Source: Okamejei kenojei (Eukaryota). From it: 64,000 bases of DNA. The notes below the pieces were generated by a model that saw only the letters and a list, made by a program, of their open reading frames with translations, was not told where the DNA came from and did not search any database. The stretch is from assembly GCA_035221665.1 (NCBI GenBank), contig CM069133.1, positions 35,340,001-35,404,000 on the forward strand, written 5' to 3'. This document shows positions 53,369 through 64,000 of this stretch, in pieces; position 1 is the first letter of the stretch; each line of letters begins with the position of its first letter. The position numbers and the translations under genes were made by a program.

Positions 53369-53384
53369 AAGGAGTCGGGACTAA
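53369..53384 (+). CDS. Siglec-15-like Ig receptor exon 5 (short tail (R)RSRD-stop), followed by 3'UTR
   Basis: Branch point plus polypyrimidine acceptor ttttaactggtcttgttctgtccacag|. The phase-2 join with exon 4 gives AG+A AGG AGT CGG GAC TAA. Candidate AATAAA at 53917-53922. Confidence 0.65.
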
Positions 53385-56300
53385 TCCACCCCTGGAGGCT
53401 GAGACACCCATTTTCTTTGTCTACATGCACATCTGTCCCTCTTTCCACACTGCCTGCCTCCGCCGATCTCAGCTGCGCTTGTGAAGGCAATCATTCGATG
53501 CGTGATGCATAGGCCCCAAGTGCAAATTTCATCCTGCCTATGAGCTATCCATCACAGTTGTACACCACCCTGGCATTCCCACTGTGATTTATGTACAATC
53601 ATTCCCAATAATAATACTGGACACGAATATACCAGTAACTAAACTTCACAAACACCCATGGTGAGAAATTTGGGAACATCTATTTTGGGCTGAGTGCGGG
53701 GAAAGAGTAGCAAGGAGTAAGAAGGAGAGGTGATGATGAGTGTGGAGGGAATATGTCAGGGGAGTGGTGGGATATGGAGATTTAGATTAGAGATACAGCA
53801 TGGGACTACACCCTTCAGCCCACTGATCCACGTCAACCATCGATCACCCACGAATATTAGTTCTAGGCTATCCCACTTGCTCAACGGAAGTTGGGAATGT
53901 ACCTACAGGCAGGCATAATAAAAAGCATTCACGACCAAAATCAACCACAAGTGAAAATACAGTAGAAGGGTAAACACTTGCAAACATATGTGCCTTTCAC
54001 AAAGTTGCATACAAGTATAATTGTACAGAATTGCACACACATTTATTATCAGCATATAACACACAGATCATATAGATGCACAAACATGTATTTGCATACA
54101 CAGTCCATGTACCGCTGATGCACGCATTTACAAATAACACGTGCATAAGCATACAAGAGTGCATGTAGGAATGGTGCAGGATGGTACGATGATACAGCAA
54201 TGCATGTATTTGCACACACACAAACACATCATACTAGTTTACGTTATCTCACTTGCATATACACTCTTTACACACCAGCGGAAATTTACAGAGACCATTA
54301 ACCTACAAACCCTCATGACTTTGGGATGTGGCAGGAAACTAGAGCACCAGGAGGAAACCCAGAGGGCTACAGGGAGAAGGAACAAATCCCACACAGACAG
54401 CACCCAAGGTCAGGATTGAACCCGTGTCTCTGGCGCTGTGAGGTTGCAACTCTGCCCATTGCGCCACTGTGCCGCCCATCATCCGCACACAAGGTTACCG
54501 TAGAAATTCTAGATCGGAAAACAGGGTTAAGAGGGAGAGGTACCGTTTAATGTGGAGTTGGGATGAGCTCCTCTCTCCTTGTGACCCAGTCACGACGATT
54601 TTCAAAACCCAGTTGGTGGGCTACAGGCAGTCAAATTGATAGTTCCTTCCCCTTGGGTCTGTCTGTCTCAGGGTGACCAGACCCTTATTTCCCCATAAAG
54701 AGTTCCTAACCCTTGCTAATTTTACCTTTGCCAATATGGTGGACTGTACGTTCACAGTTGTAGGGACATAGGGCGCCAAGCAGACCCTTCAGTCCAACTC
54801 ATGCGTGCCGACCAAGGTGCCATATCCAAGCTAGTCTCGGAGTTTATGAAGGTATTTTGATGAAGCTACAATGACTTGAAATGCAACAAATAAACCTGTT
54901 TTGTACAAGGATGTTGGCTGTTCCTCAGTGATAATCTGTACTGCACTCAGTCAGAGCATTCAGCCCATCATCCCCGTTCTAGCCCATTTTTTGGGTCAGA
55001 ATCAGTGATTCAATGTTTGTCACTTGTTTTCCTTACAGACAGTCCAGTAAGGTTTTGAGTTTAGTTTATTGTCATGTGTACCGAGGTATAGTAAAAAAGC
55101 TTTTGTTGTGTGCTAACCAGTCAGTGGAAAGGCAATACATGATTACAATCGAGCCATCCACAGTGTACAGATACATGATAAAGGGAACAATGTGAATAGC
55201 GTTTAGTGCAAGAAAAAGTCCATTAAATCGAATCAAAGATAGTCCGAGGGTCTCTAATGCCATATTGCAATACCTAACCACAATCCACAATTAGCAAAGC
55301 GTACAGAAATAGTCCACTGAGACTGCATGCAAGAGGCATTGGGTTTTGGCGCCATTTAAAAGTCCAGTCTACACTCCAGGTCTTATGAGCGGTGCCCGAT
55401 CCAGGTGAGCACCAGGCTGCTGCAGGGCCTCCAGCATCATCTTCCTTGGATGTCTAGATTCCAGGGAACCTCCTGCAGCGGACCTTGAGGGGTGATCTTA
55501 TTGAGATGCACAAGATTACGAGGAGCATGGATAACGTGAACCCTCACAGACTTTTTCCGAGGGTAAAGGATTCAAAAACTAGTGGACATGGTCTTAAGGT
55601 GAGAGGGGAGAGATTTAAGGGGGATCTTTTAGTTTAGTTTAGAGATACAGCGTGGAAACAGGTCTTAAGGCCCACTGAGTCCACGTCGAACAAAGACCAC
55701 TCATGCACGAGTTCTATCTGACATACAAGGGACAAGTTACAGAAGCCAATTAACTTACAAACCTGTACGCCTTTGGAATGTCGGAGGACACCGGAGCACC
55801 CGGAGAAAACCCCACGCGGTCACAGAGTACAAACTCCTTACTGAGAACACCCATAGTTAGGATCGAACCCGGGTCTCTGCCGTTGTAAGGCAGCAACTCA
55901 ACCACTACGCCACTGTGCCACCCCCGATCGGCAATATTTTCACCCACCAGGATGGTCTGTATCCAGATTGAGCTGCCAGAGGAAACTATAGAAGTTGGTA
56001 CAATGATCACTTTCAAATTATATTTGGACATATATATGGATATGGACAGGAAGGGATTAGAGGATTATTGGCCAAATGTGGGCAGATAGGACAAGCCCAG
56101 AATGGCAACTTGGTCAGCATGGACAAGGTGCAACAGCTTTCCATTTATAGAAGAGTTTGATGACAATTGCCTACGAGTTTGCTGAGATACTGTACCTGAA
56201 ACAAAAGCTATAAATGTGTTTCTTTGTAAACACACAGCTAACATTACGCTTGTTCCAGGTGTACGTGATCTCCCGGTTGCCAAACACTTTAATTCCCCTT

Positions 56301-56516
56301 CCCATTACCACACTGACATTTCTGTCCTAGGCTTCCTCCATTGTGAGACCAAACGCAAATTGGAGGAACAGCACCTCACAATTCGCTTGGGCAGCTTACA
56401 ACTCAGTGGTATGAATAATGATTTCTCTAATTTCAAGTAACCTATGCATTCCGGTTCTCTCCTCCCTCCCCCATCCCAGTCGTTATAATAGCTTCAACGC
56501 TAGTCTTGTTGAGTGT

Positions 56517-56880
56517 AAAACCCCTGTCTCACAGTGCGAGTTGGCCCACGAGTGACCCCGAGTTTTCACTCGTGGTGGTCACGTACGATGAACGTAGCGG
56601 CAACGTCGGAACTCGCTCGTTCAACTTGTCCACTCGTGGCGCTAACGGCAGGTACTCGGGAAACTTGTTTACTCGTGAAAAAAATCAAACATGTTTGATT
56701 TTTTCCACGAGTCAAATTAACTGTTCAAGTTTAAAAACCCCTGTCTCACTGTGCGAGTTGGCCCACGAGTGACCCCGAGTTTTCACTCGTGGTGATCACG
56801 TAGCGGGAACGTCGGAACTCGGACGAGCAACTTATCGACTCGTGGCGCTAACGGCAGGTACTCGGGTAACTTGTTATCAC
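56517..56880. mobile_element. MITE-like DNA transposon remnant, tandemly duplicated (~218 bp period)
   Basis: CCCCTGTCTCAC.GTGCGAGTTGGCCCACGAG occurs at ~56521 and ~56738; palindrome AAAAAATCAAACATGTTTGATTTTTT. Confidence 0.55.
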
Positions 56881-56929
56881 CTTGAAATTAACCATGTTAA
56901 TTTCAGACAGTACTCCCCCGCTTTCCCAG

Positions 56930-57530
56930 GCGCAGGAGTAGGCCAGTCAGCTCTCCGAGTCAGCGCCGCCATTCAATGTGATCATGGCTGATCATCCCCA
57001 ATCAGTATCCCGTTCCTGCCTTCTCCCCATATGCCCTGACTCCGCTATTTTTAAGAGCCCTATCTAGTTCTCTCTTGAAATAATCCAGAAAACCTGCCTC
57101 CACCGCCCTCTGAGGCAGAGAATTCCACAGACTCACCACTCTCTGTGAGAAAAAGTGTTTCATTGTCTCTGTTCTAAATGGCTTACTCCTTATTCTTGAA
57201 CTGTGGCCCCTGGTTCTGGACTCCCCCAACATCGGGAACATGTTTCCTGCCTCTAGTGTGTCCAAGCCCTTAACAATATTTTATGTTTCAATGATATATC
57301 CTCTCATCCTTCTAAACTCCAGTGTGTACAAGGCCAGCTGCTCCATGCTCCACCATCCCGGGAATTAACCTTGTAAACCTACGCTGCATTCCCTCAATGG
57401 CAAGAATGTCCTTCCTCAAATTAGGGGACCAAAACTGCACACAATACTCCAGGTGTGGTCTCACTAGGGCTCTGCACAACAGCAGAAGGACCTTTTTGCT
57501 CCTATATTCGATTCATCTAATTATAATCTA
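56930..57530 (-). mobile_element. CR1 LINE 3' fragment (similar ones at 59625-60510 + and 61600-62120 -)
   Basis: FFSQRVVSLWNSLPQRAVEA / RPHLEYCVQFW motifs. Confidence 0.8.
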
Positions 57531-59121
57531 GAAGTGGCAAGCCTCCACTACTGGTGAACCTCGGTTGTCATTGGCAGAGTGGATGTTACGATTGGTGTTC
57601 AATCGCGCGGGCCGACAACGTAATGTATAATGCACTCTAAAACGAGCATCATTTTAATGTTAATTTATAACGCATCTGGAGAATTAGTAACAGCATGATA
57701 TTAGTGTAATTTTATAAACCCGTACCTTTCGTCAGCCAGATCATGGTCGAACTGACTGTTACATCAAATCCCAAATTCCTGTGTAATCAAACTTTCAAGA
57801 AGCGCCTCTGTTGGATTAACGCTTTCCATTGAAAAGGAAACTTTCTCTATTTCCATTACGTCCGCGAGCTTATTTTTTAATTTCCATGCTTGTATATTCC
57901 ATCACAATCCAAACAAAAATCCAACACAGCTGTAGTACTACTGACTACCTCCATGTTGAATTAGCACGCCAAAGATTTTCGCCCATTGATAGGAACAATG
58001 CCCTGTTGAATTCTCAGACCAGGAATCTCCAGTGCGAAAACAGATCTGCTTTCTGGGCATGATGTGAAAGCCCCTCCCATTTTCTTCTGAAGTTTAGTGG
58101 TTGGGATGAGTTGTCCCGTTAACTGATGCTGTCATTGTTGTTTGATTGTCAGCAAAGGCCCATAAAGGCCCATAAAGCATGTTTGCTGATGTAGATTCAA
58201 TGGCATTGTTGATCGTCGATATTTCCCCGAGGATCTTGAGAGAATCGCTCTACCCTTATTCCAATTATGACATCCTCTGTCATCTTATGACTTAGGACAT
58301 CCTCTGTTTTCGTCCGCCCTCCATTTCCACAACCCATGATAAACATACGTTCCAAGTAAAATGGCGTCGCAACTGTATTTCTCCCAGTCTAATTTACCGT
58401 GTTGGGTGTAAACAATGTGGTCTGCTCTACATTAAAGAAACCTAATTAGTTTGTTCTCGTCCGCCCTCGTAGACGGGCATTCGAATGGTGTATTCTTAAC
58501 TCTCAAACTGCGTGTCAGGAAATTAATCGCAGTATGATCATCACCCATTAGTCGTTTTGCCAGGTAAGCACAATGGCGCAGCGGTAGAGATGCTCCCTTA
58601 TGCCGCCAGAGACCCGGGTTCGATCCTAACTACGAATGCGGTGTGTATGGAGTTTGTGCGGTCTCCCCAGGCCTTGTCACATGTGACAATAAAGCATTCC
58701 ATTCCATCCCTTTCCATGCACACGCATCCCAAAGACGTAGAGCTTGGTACATGGATTGATTGCTGTAAATTTGACATTGTCCCTAGTGTGTGGGATAGTG
58801 TCGGTGTACGAGGTGATCGCCGAGTGCGATCTCGATGGGCCGAAGGGCCTGGTTCTACACTCTTTCTCTAATGTCTCTGTGCAGAAGGGCAGAGAGGACA
58901 TAATGGCACTGACTGAACTTGATCAGGTTGGCAAGCTACGATTGATGAGATGTCACAGAAATCAGAGTTTGGAGCCAGCTACTTCAACCATATTGGCCGA
59001 TATCTAGCGTTCCTGTGCACAAACAACGGAGGTGTTGGTATGTTGGTGGGGAGAAGGATATAGAGATTCTTCAGCGGCGCACAAAAGCTGAAATAGTGTG
59101 GATGGTTATTGGCGATTCAAG

Positions 59122-59171
<50 letters not shown>

Positions 59172-62100
59172 TTTTGATGTTATTCATTGTGGTGCAAAAA
59201 TAACACATTTGGAAGATGAAAAATTTGGTCATGTTAATGTTTAAAGGGGAATTGATGTTCCTGTCATTGAAAATAGCTCGCAACCGTGGTGAGCCGCATG
59301 TTGCATTGGGCTTTCTAACGCGAGGCCTTGACTACTGGGTAAAGATGATTAGCCTTTACTAATGTGTCTGCTGAGAAGTATCGTGGAGTGGTGTGCATTG
59401 TGTTGGTCGCCATGCGTTTTATTTTCAACCTAATGTCATAGTGAGGACCGAATATAGACACAGAAAAGCTTCCAGTAACTCAGCGGGTGAGACAGCATCT
59501 CTGGAGAAAAGGAATAGTTGACGTTTCGGGTCGTGTCCCTTTCTCAGACTGGAGAGTCAGGGGAAATGGAAACGAGCTATACAGACAGTGATGTAGGGAG
59601 ATATAGAATAGATGAATGAAAGAATGCAGTGACTAGTGGGGTGCCGCAAGATTCTGTGCTGGGACCCCAGTTATTTACAATATATATTAACGATTTGGAC
59701 GCGTAAATTAAATGTGACATCTCCAAGTTTGCGGATAACACTCAGCTGTATGGTAGTGCGAGATGCTTGATGAGGATGCTATGAGGCTGCAGGGTGACAT
59801 GGATAGGTTGGGTGAGTGGGCAGATGCATGGCAGTTGCAGTAAAATGAGGATATATGAGGTTATCCACTTTACTGGCAAGAACAGAAGGCATATTAATAT
59901 CCTAATGGTGTCAGTTTTGAAAAAGGAGGTGCACCGAGATCTGAGTGTGCTTGTCCATCAGTCACTAAAAGTGAAGATAGCTAATGGTATGTTGGTTGGC
60001 CTTCTTTGCGAGAGGATTTAAGTATTGGAGCAAGGAGGTCCTACTGCGGTTTTACGGGGCCCGGGTGTGACCGCTCCTAGAGCATAGTGTGCAATTTTGG
60101 CCTCCTAATTTGAGGAATAACGTTATTGCTATTGGGTGAGTGCAGCGTAGGTTACTTCACGGGATGGCTGAAATTTAGAAGGATTGGAAGGGGTCTTATA
60201 GAAACATATACATTTCTTAAAGGATTGGACAGGCTAGATGCAGGAAAAATGTTCCCGATGTTGATGAAGTCCAAAACCAGAGGTCACAATTTTAGAATAA
60301 GGGGAGCCCATTTATGACCGAGATGAGGAAAAATATTTTCACCCAGTTAGTTGTGAACCTGTGGGATTTTCTGTCACTCGATGTTTTCAAGAGTCAGTTT
60401 TTGCTTTTCGATCAAGAGGAATCTAGGGATAAGGGTAAAAATCAGGAACGGGTCTCTGATTTTAGATGATCAGCAGTCATCATATTGGCTGGCGGTGCTG
60501 GCTCGACGAGCCAGCCCTTCGCAGACCCACGCCATGTGCTTTAAAATGAACACCGCCCGTTTCCCTATCGCTCTATGGATAGGGCGGCCGTCTAGAACCT
60601 GATGTTCACTTCTACCGGAGCGGACCTCCAGTATCTCCGCATTTGAAAAATTCCGCAACATCTCTGATTTCCATTCAATCCAGCGGCCACGGTATTAGGC
60701 TATACTTGCCCAAACCTCTAAGTTCCCGACACGTTCCACGTCGTTCTCACTTTAATTCTTCGTAGCGCTCTGTGATTACTCATGTAGAGTGCGTCTCCAA
60801 CATTCCAGCTACAACATTTAGCTGAACGGGAGTTTCATTGTATTATTGGTGCCCCCTTTCAAGTGAATCGGTTATCCCATTTAGAGGCGCTTTCGCATTA
60901 CATTACACTAATTAACTAAACAGCGGATGGAAGTTACGAGAACTGCTGATGTTCATACAAGCCAGGGAAGCTACACAATCTATATTTTTATAGGAAGGAG
61001 ATATTGACAGTCTATGGATTTTACCGCGGTAATGTGCATGAGTACAATTGATATGCCGAGGATCTGACGGTCTGTACAACTAAATGGCCCATTTGTCAGA
61101 TAGAGATAGGCTCCACTGTCGCTTTTCTGTGGAATGGATACTGTATGCTTATATAACCCATTCTTCAAATATTTTACAATATTCCACGTCAAATCTGAGC
61201 ATTCAAATATAGGAACCAAATGTGGACCAGATTGACGAATCCTGACAGATCCTCATGACATTCCTATAACACCCGGAAGAAAGTGACGCGAAGTTCTTTG
61301 AGGTATTGTCAGCCTTTTGGCAAACGTCACAGGACGTTAACTTCCAAGAGTCAAGAGTGTTTTATTATCCTCTGTTCGAAAACGGAACAATGAAAAGCGT
61401 ACTCGCAGCACCACAACGGATAAGTAAACATCGTACACTTAAAAAAAACAGAATATAAAACAATACCGCCCCCTCCACACGCCTCCACCACCCCCAAATC
61501 AAACTGTTCTACTGAGTCCACAACTCAGTAGATTTCTCGTGCATATTTATCTGCAGCTGACTCAATTTCCTTACGTAAAATCTAATGAGACTTCGACCAG
61601 TAATAGACGATAGACAATAGGTACAGGAATAGGCCATTCGGCCCGTCGAGCCCGCACAGCTGTTCAATGTGATCACGGCTGATCATCCCCGTACCTGCCT
61701 TCTCCCCATATCCGCTGATTCCGCTATCTTTAAGAGCCGTATCTAGCTCTCTCTTGAAGGCATCGAGAGAACCGTCCTCCACCGCCCTCTGAGGCAGAGA
61801 ATTCCACAGACGTACAACTCCCTGTGTGAAAAAGTGTTCCCTCATCTTCGTTCTAAATGGCCTACCCATTATTCCTAAACCGCGGCCCCCTGGTTCTGGA
61901 CTCCCCCAACATCGGGGACATATTTCCGCCTCTGGCGTTTCCAAACCATTACTAACCTTATGTTTCAATAAGATCCCCTCTCATCTTTCTGAATTCAAGT
62001 ATACAAGCCCAGACGCTCCATTCTCTCAGCATATGACAGCCCCGCCATCCCGGGAATTAACCTTGTAAACTTACGCTGCACTACCTGAATAGCAAATGTC

Positions 62101-62821
62101 ATTCCTCAAATTAGGGGACTCCTGTAATGGAGTTATATTGTAATGTTATCTCCTGCTTCATTATCAATAGTTTTTCAAATGTGCTTCACGAGATGCCGAT
62201 TTACATTAAACTGTGATTTCGGGAAGGAAGCGGTCGCTCTCGCAGAATTTGCTCCAGATTAGTTGTTCGTTCTTTTTGTCATGCAGTCAGTCCCGTTAAG
62301 CAGCTCACATAACTCACATTACATAGGAATTAAAAGCCCATGAAAGACACATGACTTTTGCTCTTGTTATCAATTAAGCAAATATGTAATATGTACGGTT
62401 ATGTTTATATTGTGATCAATCTCTTTATCTCAGGATGTTGCAGGCAGTTCCTTGTGACATAAGAAAACGAATTTACAGCTCTTAATGGAAATTATGGAAT
62501 TTTCCCAGAATCGTTGACAAATGTTCATTTTATTATCGATTCAATTGACTTTTCGATGTTCCCTTTGACATTAAAGACGGAAGTCTGCTCAAAACCAAAT
62601 ATCTAACCTTGTTCTCCGAGTGATCCTTTCACTATTTTCTCGCAATGGAATCACGTTGATCAGTGTTCAGGATTGTATTGGTTGAATACATTTTAAGCGC
62701 TGATTGACGAATAACTAGCGGTATAAATCTGAATGAACCAGTCCCGTCACGTTGATTTGCCGCTTTGAATCGATAATAACAGCTGAGAGGGCGGAAGAGC
62801 TACGACTTGAAACATAGACGA

Positions 62822-63700
62822 CTGCTTCGGGGCTACCTCCCTCATCCACGGAGAACTGCCGGACTTCATTAACTTCACAACTAATTTTCATCCCGCACTC
62901 AAATTCACTTGGACCAAATCCGATATCTCCCTACCGTTTCCTAATCTCACCGTCTCCATCACAGGAGATAGACTATCGACCGGCATCTACTATAAACCTA
63001 CTGACTCTCACAGCTACCTTGACTACATTTCTTCCCAGACAGCCTCCTGTAAAGACTATATCGCCTACTCCCAATTCCTCCGTCCACGCCGCATCTGTGC
63101 CCACGATAAAATATTCCAACCAGGACATCAGAGATGTCCTTATTGTTCAGTCACCAGGGTTCACCTCTCACATTATAGATTAGTCCCTCACTAGGGTCTT
63201 CTCGATATCCCACAGCTCCGCTCTTGCTCCCCTCCCGCAACAGGGACAGTGTCCCCCAGTCCGCACATTTCACCCCATCAGCCATCGTATAAGCACATAA
63301 TCCTCCGTTATTTCCGCCACCAACGGGATCCTACCACGAGCCATATCTTTCCATCTTCAACCGTATCCGTTTTCCGCAGAGACCGGGTCCTCAGAAACTC
63401 GCTGGTTAACATGTCCTTCCCGTTACTAACTCCCCCACCCCTCTTCATAGGCACTTTCCGATGCAACCGAGGGAGCTACAACGCCTGTCCCTATACCTCC
63501 CTCCCTCGACTCCGTCCAAGGACCCGGACAGTCTTTTCGGGTGATGCAAATATTCACATGCATCTCCTCCAACCTCTTCTACTGTGTCCGCTGTTCCAGG
63601 TGTTGGCTCCTATTTATAGGCTTTTCGATCGTTTCGCTGAACACCTATCTCTGTCCGCCTGGAATTTCCCGTTCTCCCGCGTGCCAAAGACTTTAATTAC
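62822..63700 (+). mobile_element. Penelope-like RT/endonuclease fragment, decayed
   Basis: FINFTTNFHPALKFTW..SLPF..YYKPTDSHSYLDY; downstream GTFRCNR and RFAEHL. Confidence 0.8.
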
Positions 63701-64000
63701 CCTCTCCAATGAGGCTGCCAAAACTGCTTTACGCAGTAATGTTAGTGGACATTAGTGTTTTATCCGATTATGTGACATTTTTTGAAATGTTTTGGAAACA
63801 TAGGTCTGATTTTCGTTCAATGCTCCCTCTTCACCAGAGATTCATAAAGTCACACTCGGGAAGACGTGTTACGTGATGTCATTTTAAACATCATTTCATA
63901 AGTTTCAGTAACTTTCCAGTTAGCGCGACGGGACATTGAACTGCGTGAAGGAGCTGCTCTCTGAACTTCCCCTGGGTGACGGTGTAAATCAGTGTGTTGG

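Noticed and set aside
53369-53508. Longer reading frames of the last exon (KESGLIHP..., EGVGTNPP...)
   Set aside because: Only the phase-2 frame is compatible with the exon 4 donor, and no ITIM or ITAM was seen in the other frames.
60994-61028. Small exon-like segment tttatag|GAAGGAG...CCGCG|GTAATG
   Set aside because: No recognisable protein similarity and no partner exons.

Overview
Repeat-rich vertebrate genomic DNA, most likely from a cartilaginous fish (skate/ray). This is inferred from the V-SINE/HE1-type SINEs and the CR1, L1, Rex1, Penelope and Helitron content. There is one 137-N assembly gap. Two genes are supported. (1) On the minus strand: the first coding exon of a TESK-family kinase, most like TESK1 (12357-12575), with an upstream CpG island; the rest of the gene lies off the left edge. 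(2) On the plus strand: a complete 5-exon, 298-aa type I immunoglobulin-superfamily receptor assembled by hand from short ORF pieces (28522-53384). It has a signal peptide, two Siglec-15-like V domains that both lack the sialic-acid-binding Arg, a Lys-containing TM helix (LGVKSLVLL, like Siglec-15 LGFKALLLL) and an ~8-residue tail. It therefore looks like an adaptor-coupled (DAP12-type) activating immune receptor with an unknown ligand. Its first intron holds an inverted, truncated paralogue of the second V exon whose amino-acid differences cluster in the BC loop. That copy is part of an inverted duplication bracketing the V1 exon. Other notable structure: a four-level TE nest (CR1 > Helitron > L1 > Rex1), nested CR1s, an internally deleted Gypsy element, and an apparently CpG-retaining distal 7 kb.
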